From positions 3,628,962 to 3,692,961 of the forward strand of contig CBDCPE010000004.1 in NCBI GenBank assembly GCA_965220055.1: 64,000 bases of DNA, in the 5' to 3' direction. This document shows, piece by piece, positions 42,923 through 51,668 of this stretch. Made by a program: the position numbers and the translations under genes. The notes below the pieces were generated by a model. The model did not search any database, was not told where the DNA came from, and worked only from the letters and a program-made list of their open reading frames with translations. How positions within the stretch are numbered: position 1 is the stretch's first letter; every line of letters starts with the position of its first letter. The DNA comes from Dehalococcoidia bacterium (GTDB lineage Bacteria; Chloroflexota; Dehalococcoidia; Lucifugimonadales; UBA3495).

Positions 42923-43849
42923 ATGAAAGCCACTACCCAACTGCGCCAGATGCTCGCATCCGACCGGATGGTCGTTGCGCCCTTCGTACTCAACGCCCTG
43001 CACGCCCGCATCGCCGAAGACGTGGGGCACCAGGCCGTCTACATGACCGGCGCCGGCACCGCCGCCGAGCGCGGCTTCCCCGATGTCGGCCTGCTCACCA
43101 TGACCGAAATGGTAGCCAACGCCAAGTACATCGCAGACGCCGTCAACATCCCGGTTATCTGCGACGCCGATACCGGGTACGGGAACCCCCTCAACGTGCA
43201 CCGCACCGTCCGCGAGTACGAAGCCGCCGGCGTGGCTGCCCTCCACCTCGAGGACCAGGTGTTCCCCAAGAAGTGCGGCTTCTTCGCCGGCAAGCAGGTG
43301 GTGCCTGCCGAGGAGCACGTCCAGAAAATCCGCGCGGCCCTAGACGCGCGCACCGATCCCGACTTTGTCATCATCGCCCGCTGCGACGCCTACGCGGTCA
43401 CCAGCTGGGAGGATACCGTGCGACGCTGCCGTGCCTACGCCGACGCCGGCGCCGACCTCGTTTTCGTCGATGGCATCAAGTCCCAGGACGACATCCAGCG
43501 CTACGCCGCCGACCTGGCCAACGTGCCCCGCATGTACAACGGCGACCTGGCCACGACGCAGACCATGGACGAACTGGGCTACAAGATCATGATCTGCGGC
43601 AGCACCATCTGGCTCATTTACAAGCAGGTGCGCGCCGCCTACGAAGAGCTCATGAGCGCCGGCAAAGTGGACCCGGACCGCTTCGGCACCCGCTGGGACG
43701 TCGCCTCCGTGCTTGGGCTGGACGCCATTTACGAGCTGGAAAAGAAGTACGGTGTGCAGGACGTGGGCACCGATGTCGCGGGTCTCGCCGCGGCCCAGGC
43801 CGCGCAGATGGCCGCCGACGCCGCCGTGCTCACCCCAGCGGACGACTAG
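42923..43849 (+). CDS. Isocitrate lyase/PEP mutase superfamily enzyme (methylisocitrate lyase-like)
   Basis: YMTGAG, DADTGYGN, LHLEDQVFPKKCG. The size is about 300 aa. Confidence 0.75.
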   Translation: MKATTQLRQMLASDRMVVAPFVLNALHARIAEDVGHQAVYMTGAGTAAERGFPDVGLLTMTEMVANAKYIADAVNIPVICDADTGYGNPLNVHRTVREYEAAGVAALHLEDQVFPKKCGFFAGKQVVPAEEHVQKIRAALDARTDPDFVIIARCDAYAVTSWEDTVRRCRAYADAGADLVFVDGIKSQDDIQRYAADLANVPRMYNGDLATTQTMDELGYKIMICGSTIWLIYKQVRAAYEELMSAGKVDPDRFGTRWDVASVLGLDAIYELEKKYGVQDVGTDVAGLAAAQAAQMAADAAVLTPADD

Positions 43850-43859
43850 GCTCCCCAAA

Positions 43860-44267
43860 ATGGCTGAGGCCTCATTGGTGAAGCCGGCGATGAGTGACCG
43901 TTTCCGAATGCTCTACGACGGCTCGTGCCCGATGTGCAGCCGCGAAGTGATGAAACTCTATCGCCGGCGCCCAGGGGCCATCGAGCCCGTGGACATCTCT
44001 GCCGAGGATTTCGACGCTGCGGCATGGGGGTTGGAAGCCGACCGGGTCCAGTCTGCCATGTACGGCGTGCGGCCGGACGGCAGCGTCACGGTGGGCATGG
44101 AGAGCCTCCGCGAGGGCTACCGTCTGGCTGGTCTTGGCTGGCTGATCGGGTGGACCCAGTGGTGGCCGGCTCGCCCTGCCTTTGATGTCTTCTACCGTGG
44201 CTTCGCTCGCAACCGGATGCGCGTCAGTAACTGGCTGGGCCGCTGCGACGGCCATTGCCGCGTCTGA
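43860..44267 (+). CDS. DCC1-like thiol-disulfide oxidoreductase (DUF393)
   Basis: LYDGSCPMCS is the YDGxCxxC motif, and later FDVFYRGFARNR. The internal Met at 43860 was chosen because the upstream part of the ORF overlaps the previous gene. Confidence 0.7.
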   Translation: MAEASLVKPAMSDRFRMLYDGSCPMCSREVMKLYRRRPGAIEPVDISAEDFDAAAWGLEADRVQSAMYGVRPDGSVTVGMESLREGYRLAGLGWLIGWTQWWPARPAFDVFYRGFARNRMRVSNWLGRCDGHCRV

Positions 44268-44392
44268 AACCATTGGCCAGTCCCGCGAAGACCGTTGATG
44301 GGCACTCAGTAACTGGCGCCGCGGACGATCCGTGTTCGTACCTTCGACGTTGAACCTCGAGCGTCGATTGACGCAACATGCTAGCGAACCTG

Positions 44393-44523
44393 ACGCGTAC
44401 CCACCCGCGATCAAACTGTCATTGCGAGCGAAGCGCGGCAATCTTGTTGGCGGAGGAGCCGCCGTCCAGGCATCGAGATTGCCGCGTCGCTTCGCTGCTC
44501 GCAATAACAAACTGGGTACGCGT
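44393..44523. repeat. 131-bp MITE-like hairpin element, second copy
   Basis: Same terminal (acgcgtaccc/gggtacgcgt) and inner (gtcattgcgag/ctcgcaataac) arms as 27550-27680. The central spacer is the reverse complement of that copy's spacer. Confidence 0.75.
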
Positions 44524-44564
44524 GAAGCTAGCGAAGAGATACATCGCGAGGCTGCGCAAGCGTA

Positions 44565-45521
44565 ATGTGGCCTCTACTCGCGTTGGGCTCTGCTCTGGCC
44601 TTTTGCTTCGTCAGCGTCTGCGACAAACGCCTGCTGTCATTCCACCTGAATGGCGTTCCGCCCCTATGCCTGTGGTGCGGGACCACCGGACTGATCTACG
44701 GCACCATCGTGGCCGCCATCGTTGGGGTACCGTCCGGCACCACGTGGCAAGTCGCGGTTACTCCCATTGTCTCTGGCCTGTTCATGGGATGCTCCGTGGT
44801 GCTGCTGTTTCGCGGCCTGCGCCTCATGGAGGCTTCTCGAGCGGTCGCCATTTCCCAGACCAATCCGATTTTCGTCGCCATTTTGGCCCTGTTGTTCCTG
44901 GATGAGCACATCTCACCGGCCCAATGGTGCGGTATTGGCCTGGTGGTCGGCGGAGCGGCCCTCATCTCAGTGCGGCTGTTCCAGGAACTACCCTACACTC
45001 GCATCGGCCCGGGTCTGGCCATCCCCAGAACCGCCGTCTTCGATTTGCGCGATCGTGGTGCGATTTACGGCCCGGCTCTCCTTTTCGTCAGCGCCTTGTG
45101 CGCCGCCTCCAGCTTCGTGGTCACCAAAGCGGCCCTCAACGCCCACCTGCCGGTGCTGACGGTATTCGGCATCCAGCAGGCCACCGTGGGCGTCGTCTTC
45201 CTATGCGTGGGGCTGACCGGCGGACCCCGCCTGATGGAGGCGGTGCGGCAGCCCAAGGTCCTGGCGATGCTCCTGTTCGGCGAATCCCTGATGCCGGCGA
45301 TCTCGATCCTCCTGGGCGTCTACGCCTACAGTCTGGGGCCCGCCTCCCTGGTGGCTGCCGTACTGGCGACCCGACCGTTGTTCGTGTTCATCGCGTCCAC
45401 CATCCTGTCCCGTATGCGTTGGCAGTTCCTCGACGAGTCGCTGAACCCCCGTGTCCTGGCGGCAAAAGCCGCGTCTATAGTCATGATCGTTGGCGGTGTG
45501 GGCACCCTCAGCGTGGGCTGA
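44565..45521 (+). CDS. EamA/DMT-family transporter
   Basis: Ten-TM-like hydrophobic profile in two halves, each ending in an EamA-like block (..LFLDEHISPAQWCGIGLVVGGAALI). Confidence 0.65.
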   Translation: MWPLLALGSALAFCFVSVCDKRLLSFHLNGVPPLCLWCGTTGLIYGTIVAAIVGVPSGTTWQVAVTPIVSGLFMGCSVVLLFRGLRLMEASRAVAISQTNPIFVAILALLFLDEHISPAQWCGIGLVVGGAALISVRLFQELPYTRIGPGLAIPRTAVFDLRDRGAIYGPALLFVSALCAASSFVVTKAALNAHLPVLTVFGIQQATVGVVFLCVGLTGGPRLMEAVRQPKVLAMLLFGESLMPAISILLGVYAYSLGPASLVAAVLATRPLFVFIASTILSRMRWQFLDESLNPRVLAAKAASIVMIVGGVGTLSVG

Positions 45522-45744
45522 TCCCCAAAACGGGAACTCTCCGTAATCCCTACCGCTATTACGTTTATGATGCGTTAGAAGCGGCGAAAAAGCAGCGAAT
45601 CCGTCGCGAATAAAACGATAATGTTTATCCATGTCCCATTGATGATTGACAACCGCAGCAAGAACGAATAATATCCGATGCTGAATATCTACGCTGCTGA
45701 ACGTAGACATATGACCGCATACTTAGCACGGAGTCTGCCAACCA

Positions 45745-46179
45745 ATGGACGAACTTGACCTGAAAATCATCGGTATACTGCAATCGGACGGGCGTGCGTC
45801 CAACGCCAAGATTGCACGCGCAGTGGGTGTCAGCGAAGGCACCGTAAGACGCAGGCTGCGCCGCCTCATCAAAGAAGACATCGTCCATGTGGTGGCAGTA
45901 CCCAACCTCGAAAAAATGGGCTACGGCACCACCGCCCTCATCGGTTTGGAAACCGGCCCGGGTAAGTCCGACTCCGTCGCCGAATCCATCGCCAACCTCG
46001 ATGAAGCCCACTATGTCGTCGTCGCCACCGGCCCCTACGACGTATTCGTCTGGACTGCTCTGGAATCCGCCGAAAGCCTCGGCGATTTCCTGCGTACCCG
46101 CATCGGCGTCATCGACGGAGTGCAAAAGACCCAGACCTTCGTCACCCTCTCGACCAAGAAGCGTTTCACCCGGGTTTAA
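45745..46179 (+). CDS. Lrp/AsnC-family transcriptional regulator
   Basis: LDLKIIGILQSDGRASNAKIARAVGVSEGTVRRRLRRL is the HTH_AsnC block, followed by a RAM/ACT-like C-terminal domain. Confidence 0.85.
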   Translation: MDELDLKIIGILQSDGRASNAKIARAVGVSEGTVRRRLRRLIKEDIVHVVAVPNLEKMGYGTTALIGLETGPGKSDSVAESIANLDEAHYVVVATGPYDVFVWTALESAESLGDFLRTRIGVIDGVQKTQTFVTLSTKKRFTRV

Positions 46180-46218
46180 ACCGCCGCCCCAAGCATCCGG
46201 TCCGGCGGTCCCGGACAC

Positions 46219-47650
46219 GTAACAGTTCAGAGTTGAGGGGAAGTGAGCAGTTGACGGCAGGCAGCGATGGGGTTGAGAGCTTGTGCTCGCCAGGTGCCGA
46301 AGATTGAGGCCAGCGTCATCTTGGTGTCGGTGCCCTGCGCTGAGCGGGTGCCCCCGCTGACCTTGCGGCTGACCACCAAATGGCGCAGGCTGCGCTCGGC
46401 GGCATTGTTGTCCGGCGGCACTTCCGGTTGGGCCACGAAGACGAAGAGTTCCTTGATGTGCTTCTCCATGCGTCGGCACAGTCTGGCCGGGACGGCCGAC
46501 GGGTCGTCCCGGAATGGACGGCAGAGGGCCAGCAGTCGCCTTTCCAGGGTCAGTTGGGCGGTGCGGCGTGGTGGTTCTGAAGGGTGGGTAAAGGTCGTGG
46601 CCTGACGGTAGAGTTGGTGGACGGCGTCAGCCCACTGGGCCAGTGATCTATCATCAGGGTAGAGGACACGCAGGTCGTGGATGTCCCGCAGCAGGTGAGC
46701 CCAGCAGCGTTGCTTGGGACCGTCGTAATGGTGGTAGGCGGCATAGAAGTCGCTGACCAGCACGCCAGCAAACTCCTTGCCCAGGACTTCGTCGACCACG
46801 GCCTTGCCCCGACCACGCCGCAGGAAGTACCGCTGGTCGGAGGTGCTGAAAGTCCACACGTAGCCGTTGTGTCCGTCTTCACGCCAGCCGGTCTCATCGG
46901 CGTGGACCACTGGGCTGCCGCGGACGCGCTCCAGTATGCCCGCCAGTTCGGTCTGCGCTTTGCCCGCCACGGTGCGTGTGGCATTTACGATGGCGCCCAG
47001 GCTGAGGCGCAGCCCGTGCACGGTGTCCAGGTACCATTGGATGGTGCGTAACGGCAGCCTGGCCTCCTCCCGCAGGGCTGCAATCAGGCTGATGACATTG
47101 ACCCCCAGACGCTGCTTGCCCATCACCACGCCGTCCAGTTGTGCTTTGGGAACACAGCAGCGTCGGCACTGTGGACAGGTGCGGGCCAGGTAAACGTGCT
47201 CGGTTACCTGCGCCGGAACCTGGGGCAGGTCGATGACCTCCCGAGTGCGCTGGGCCCAGCCTCCGGACAAGTGGGTCCCGCAGTCGGGACACTGCTCCAC
47301 CACATGCTCCACTCGGTGGGTGGGCGTCATGCGGGATCGGGCAAAGCCGTGAAACCGGGGTTTGCGTGGCTCCTTGGGACGTGCTGGCTCCCGGTCCGCT
47401 TTGGGCTTCAGACCGGGCATCCGGCGGGAGCTTTGGGGTTTGGCTTGGCCTTCCAACTGGGCAATCCGCTTCTCCAGCCGCTCGATGATGGCTTGCTGGC
47501 GGACTATGATGCCAATCAGGACATCCCGGTCAGCTGCCCTGAGATTGATTTCGGTATCCATCCCAGTTATATGACATAACCACCGCCCCCAAAGCCAGCC
47601 ACCCGCAAACCAAGTTCGCCCAATTCACCCCACCAACTCTGAACAGTTAC
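46219..47650 (-). mobile_element. IS66-family element, copy A1 (1432 bp)
   Basis: 17-bp IRs gtaacagttcagagttg and caactctgaacagttac. The 8-bp TSD ccggacac is at 46211-46218 and 47651-47658. Confidence 0.9.
46227..47561 (-). CDS. IS66-family transposase (single-ORF type)
   Basis: Leucine-zipper-like N-terminus, Zn-finger CPDCG...CPQC, HADETGW and C-terminal PDNNAAERSLR. Confidence 0.9.
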   Translation of the reverse strand: MDTEINLRAADRDVLIGIIVRQQAIIERLEKRIAQLEGQAKPQSSRRMPGLKPKADREPARPKEPRKPRFHGFARSRMTPTHRVEHVVEQCPDCGTHLSGGWAQRTREVIDLPQVPAQVTEHVYLARTCPQCRRCCVPKAQLDGVVMGKQRLGVNVISLIAALREEARLPLRTIQWYLDTVHGLRLSLGAIVNATRTVAGKAQTELAGILERVRGSPVVHADETGWREDGHNGYVWTFSTSDQRYFLRRGRGKAVVDEVLGKEFAGVLVSDFYAAYHHYDGPKQRCWAHLLRDIHDLRVLYPDDRSLAQWADAVHQLYRQATTFTHPSEPPRRTAQLTLERRLLALCRPFRDDPSAVPARLCRRMEKHIKELFVFVAQPEVPPDNNAAERSLRHLVVSRKVSGGTRSAQGTDTKMTLASIFGTWRAQALNPIAACRQLLTSPQL

Positions 47651-47773
47651 CCGGACACGCGCCGCGTTTGCATTGCATATTCGCCGTGCTATAATTTCCA
47701 CACCCGTGAGTTGTGGCCCGAAGTTCGGCTTGCCACTGTCAACCCACACCACATCATCCGAGGGAATGCCGCT

Positions 47774-48016
47774 ATGACCTACATCATTACCGAACCATGC
47801 GTGGGTGTCAAAGACGCCGCGTGTGTCGACGTTTGCCCGGTGGACTGCATCTACACCACCGACGACGATGACATGTACTTCATCAGCCCCGATGAGTGCA
47901 TCGACTGCGCTGCCTGCGAACCGGTGTGCCCCGTCACGGCCATCTTCGCTGAGGAAGCAGTGCCGTCCATGTATGAAGACTTTATCAAGATAAACTACGA
48001 CTACTTCAGCAAGTAG
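47774..48016 (+). CDS. Ferredoxin, 7Fe/2x[4Fe-4S] type
   Basis: MTYIITEPCVGVKDAACVDVCPVDCIY...DECIDCAACEPVCPV. Confidence 0.85.
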   Translation: MTYIITEPCVGVKDAACVDVCPVDCIYTTDDDDMYFISPDECIDCAACEPVCPVTAIFAEEAVPSMYEDFIKINYDYFSK

Positions 48017-48102
48017 TCGTCGCGCCCCCCGGCGTACGCCGACCCGTCGTGCGCCCGGCGCTTGGTCGCCGGGCGCACGTTTAGCGGTTCACACTTTCTC
48101 TG

Positions 48103-48930
48103 ATGTCCGCATCCGACCCGCAGCGATCCGCCCGCCCTGAAGTCAACGTGGTCGTCTGCACCGACGAGTACGGGTGCGGACGCTGGTATCATCGCGGCCG
48201 CAACGCCAACACCGTGCTGAGCGATCTCCGTGACGCCGCACATCGGCTGGGCGGCGAACGCATGCAGGTCACCCCAGCGGGTTGCATCCTTGGCTGCACC
48301 TACGGCCCGCGTTTCGACGTCGCCCGCCGTTGGTCCGGCGAAAAAGTGCTCTACGGCTCCATCGAGGGCGAAGCTGCCGTCACCCGGCGGGGTCGGGTAC
48401 GATTTGCCGCCATCCCAGACGATCTGGATCAAGTGGTGTCCGACCATCTGGCCGAGACCGCGGTTCCCGTCCACCGTCTCACCGAAACCAACCCTCCGGC
48501 CGACATCGACCTGCTGCGCCGTATCCTGTCCGACTGCAGCCGTGGAATAGGCGATCCCGCCGTCGGGCTGGACGAAGCCGTTATCATGGTGCATAACTCG
48601 GCCGCCACCGTCTCCATTCCCGCCACACTCGCCAACTTGCAATTCGTGGATGGCAGCGGGAGCACCCACCCTGCCGGAGACATCGCCCTGCTTGCCACCG
48701 ACGGCGACGGTCAGGCGGCCTTGCAACTCAGCCGCATTCGCCAGGTAGAGTTCCTGTACCGCACCCTGCGCAATGGTTTTCCCAGCTACTCCATTTGGTT
48801 GCGGGACGATGATTTGGCTACCGTATACCGTATCTACCTGCGCCGCTCGGAAACCCCAGCCAACAATCCCCTGCGTCATCACCTCTTCATGAACCTCACC
48901 GAAAAGTATGGCGAAAAGGTAACCCTGTAA
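48103..48930 (+). CDS. Hypothetical protein with N-terminal thioredoxin-like [2Fe-2S] ferredoxin-type Cys pattern
   Basis: CTDEYGC...(about 40)...GCILGC has C-x5-C...C-x3-C spacing. The C-terminal about 170 aa is unassigned. Confidence 0.4.
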   Translation: MSASDPQRSARPEVNVVVCTDEYGCGRWYHRGRNANTVLSDLRDAAHRLGGERMQVTPAGCILGCTYGPRFDVARRWSGEKVLYGSIEGEAAVTRRGRVRFAAIPDDLDQVVSDHLAETAVPVHRLTETNPPADIDLLRRILSDCSRGIGDPAVGLDEAVIMVHNSAATVSIPATLANLQFVDGSGSTHPAGDIALLATDGDGQAALQLSRIRQVEFLYRTLRNGFPSYSIWLRDDDLATVYRIYLRRSETPANNPLRHHLFMNLTEKYGEKVTL

Positions 48931-49047
48931 CATCTCCCCGGGCACGGTCGCCCGCCGCGGCATTCTGTATCACATTTCGCTTTCGTGGTTGACAGTGCGC
49001 CGGTCGGGCCGACCCAGGGGGGCTAAACTCGAGGAGGAGCGAACATA

Positions 49048-51330
49048 ATGAGCAACATCGATTCCACTCCTGAATTCGTGCGGGAAACGTACCGCAAGAT
49101 GGACGAGAAACTGACCCAGGTACGGGCCAGGCTCAACCGCCCGCTGACGATGACCGAGAAACTGCTGCTTTCCCACTTGGACGACGTCGCCGACGCCGAC
49201 CTGCGCCCGGGCGACAGTTACATCAATCTCCGCCCCGACCGAGTGGCCCACCAGGACGTCACCGGTCAGATGGCTATCCTGCAGTTCATGCAATCGGGCC
49301 GCGACCGCGTCGCGGTCCCGACGACTGTCCACTGCGACCACCTGATCCAGGCCCGCGTCGGCGCCTCCTCCGACCTCCAGGACGCACTCAATGAGAGCAA
49401 CGAGGTCTACCAGTTCCTTGAATCCTCCAGCCGCCGGTACGGCATGGGCTTCTGGAAGCCCGGCTCCGGCATTGTCCACCAGGTGGTGTTGGAAAAGTAT
49501 GCCTTCCCCGGCTCGCTGATCATCGGTACCGACTCCCACACCGTCAATGGCGGCGGCTTGGGCTCCCTGGCCATCGGTGTGGGCGGCGCGGACGCTGCCG
49601 ACGTCATGGCCGGCCTTCCCTGGGAAGTCCGCTACCCTCGCATCATCGGCGTTAAGCTCACCGGTTCCATGAGCGGCTGGACCGCACCCAAGGACGTCAT
49701 CATCAAGCTGGCCTACGAGCTCACCGTGTCCGGCGGCACCAACGCCATCATCGAGTACTTCGGACCCGGCGCCGCCTCCATCTCCGCTACGGGCAAGGGC
49801 ACCATCTGTAACATGGGTGCCGAGCTCGGAGCCACTGGCGACGTTTTCCCTTACGATGAGCGCATGGCCACCTACCTCCGCGCCACCGGCCGCGGCGACC
49901 TCGTTGCAATCGCCGAGGAGTACGTCCACCTGCTCCAGTCGGACCCCGAAGTCGAGGAGCATCCGGAACAGTTTTACGACCAGATCGTGGAAATCGACCT
50001 GTCGACCCTGGAACCCCACGTCACCGGCCCCCACTCTCCCGACCGGGCGCGGCCGATCTCCGAATTGGCCGCCGAGGCGCAGCGAGAGGGTTTCCCGGAG
50101 CGGGTGTCCGTGGCCCTGGTCGGTAGCTGCACCAACTCCTCCTACGAAGACATGGAACGCTGCGCTGACGTGGCCCGCCAGGCCTCCGCCCACGGGATTT
50201 CCGCCGCCTCCGGCCTGCTGGTAACCCCCGGTTCCGAGCAAGTCCGCGCCACCATCGAGCGCGACGGCCAACAGGCCGCGCTGGAAGCCATCGGCGCCAC
50301 CGTGCTGGCCAACGCTTGCGGTCCCTGCATCGGCCAGTGGAACCGACCGGAGGCCCGCGGCACCGACAACAGCATCGTTACTTCCTACAACCGCAACTTC
50401 CCCAGCCGCAACGACGGCAACGCCGGCACCATGAACTTCATTGCCAGCCCTGAGCTGGCCGTGGCCATGGGTTTGGGCGGTAGCCTGTCGTTCAACCCAC
50501 TCACCGATCCGCTGGTGGACGCCGACGGCAACGAGTTCATGCTCCAGCCGCCGTCCGAGGCCCCCGAGGTGCCGCCCACCGGCTTCGACCCGGGTATCGA
50601 TATGTACATCGAGCCGCCGGAAGATGGCAGCGATGTCGAAATTCGCGTCGACCCCAGCAGCAACCGTTTGCAAGTCTTGGACCCTTGGGCACCCTGGGAC
50701 GGCAACGACTTCCAAGACGTGCCCGTCCTGGTGAAGACCCAGGGCAAGACGACCACCGACTCTATCTCTCCGGCGGGCCCGTGGTTGCGCTTCCGGGGTC
50801 ACCTCAACAACCTCAGCGACAATATGTTCCTCGGCGCCAACAACGCCTATACCGACGAAACCGGCACCGGCAAGAACCAGCTCTCCGGCGAAGAGATCAT
50901 GCCAATACCGGAGCTTGCCCGCACCTACAGTGCGCAGGGCATCCGCTGGGTCGCCATCGGCGACGAGAACTACGGAGAGGGCTCCAGCCGTGAGCACGCC
51001 GCCCTGTCGCCTCGGATGCTGGGCGCCGCGGCCATCATCACCCGCAGCTTCGCCCGCATCCACGAATCCAACCTTAAGAAGCAGGGGCTCCTGGCCCTCA
51101 CCTTCGAGGACCCGGCGGACTGGGACCGTGTGTTGGAAGATGACCGCATGAGCCTCGTGGGTCTCAGCGACCTGGCCCCCGGCCGGCCGGTGCAGGCTGT
51201 CCTCAAGCACGCCGACGGGACCGAGGAGACCCTGAACCTGCGCCATACGCTGAACGAACCCCAGATCGCGTGGTTCCGGGCCGGCAGCGCCATGAACCAC
51301 ATGAAAAACCTGGAGGGAGCCGCAAGTTAG
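49048..51330 (+). CDS. Aconitate hydratase (about 760 aa, mitochondrial-type/AcnA-like)
   Basis: LTMTEKLL.SHL, RPDRVAHQDVTGQMA, HCDHLI, GTDSHT, VGSCTNSSYED, ANACGPCIGQW, SYNRNFPSRNDG, GEGSSREHAA. GAGGAGG SD. Confidence 0.92.
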   Translation: MSNIDSTPEFVRETYRKMDEKLTQVRARLNRPLTMTEKLLLSHLDDVADADLRPGDSYINLRPDRVAHQDVTGQMAILQFMQSGRDRVAVPTTVHCDHLIQARVGASSDLQDALNESNEVYQFLESSSRRYGMGFWKPGSGIVHQVVLEKYAFPGSLIIGTDSHTVNGGGLGSLAIGVGGADAADVMAGLPWEVRYPRIIGVKLTGSMSGWTAPKDVIIKLAYELTVSGGTNAIIEYFGPGAASISATGKGTICNMGAELGATGDVFPYDERMATYLRATGRGDLVAIAEEYVHLLQSDPEVEEHPEQFYDQIVEIDLSTLEPHVTGPHSPDRARPISELAAEAQREGFPERVSVALVGSCTNSSYEDMERCADVARQASAHGISAASGLLVTPGSEQVRATIERDGQQAALEAIGATVLANACGPCIGQWNRPEARGTDNSIVTSYNRNFPSRNDGNAGTMNFIASPELAVAMGLGGSLSFNPLTDPLVDADGNEFMLQPPSEAPEVPPTGFDPGIDMYIEPPEDGSDVEIRVDPSSNRLQVLDPWAPWDGNDFQDVPVLVKTQGKTTTDSISPAGPWLRFRGHLNNLSDNMFLGANNAYTDETGTGKNQLSGEEIMPIPELARTYSAQGIRWVAIGDENYGEGSSREHAALSPRMLGAAAIITRSFARIHESNLKKQGLLALTFEDPADWDRVLEDDRMSLVGLSDLAPGRPVQAVLKHADGTEETLNLRHTLNEPQIAWFRAGSAMNHMKNLEGAAS

Positions 51331-51354
51331 TCAACCTACCATCTGAATTCTCGC

Positions 51355-51390
51355 AAAAAGGGGCGCCCGCACGCGGGCGCCCCTTTTTCG
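51355..51390 (+). terminator. Rho-independent terminator after the aconitase gene
   Basis: The GC-rich stem gggcgcccgc/gcgggcgccc is flanked by an A-tract upstream and ctttttcg downstream. Confidence 0.75.
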
Positions 51391-51668
51391 CTGAACGCAT
51401 CGATTTTGTGATACAGGCGTAATGTCCAGCCAATGGTAGCCGACGTTGGCGTCTGGACTAACTCAATTCCACCTCGCCGTGGCCCGCTGGCAGGGCCATT
51501 CGATTATCCAGATTCGCTTTGCTGCCGACGGGGTATCCCGGTATACACTCATCGTTCGGATCGTTGGATGTGGCCGAGAATCGTCATCGCTCAGCAATAA
51601 TCGAAAGGCCCTGGGCCCGCTGGACCCTCACTTGATTGCCCTCGCCGGCCGGTGGTATGGTATTGACC

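Noticed and set aside
48970-51300. 776-aa minus-strand ORF
   Set aside because: It is antisense to the aconitase gene, with the same high-GC artefact pattern and no recognisable domain.
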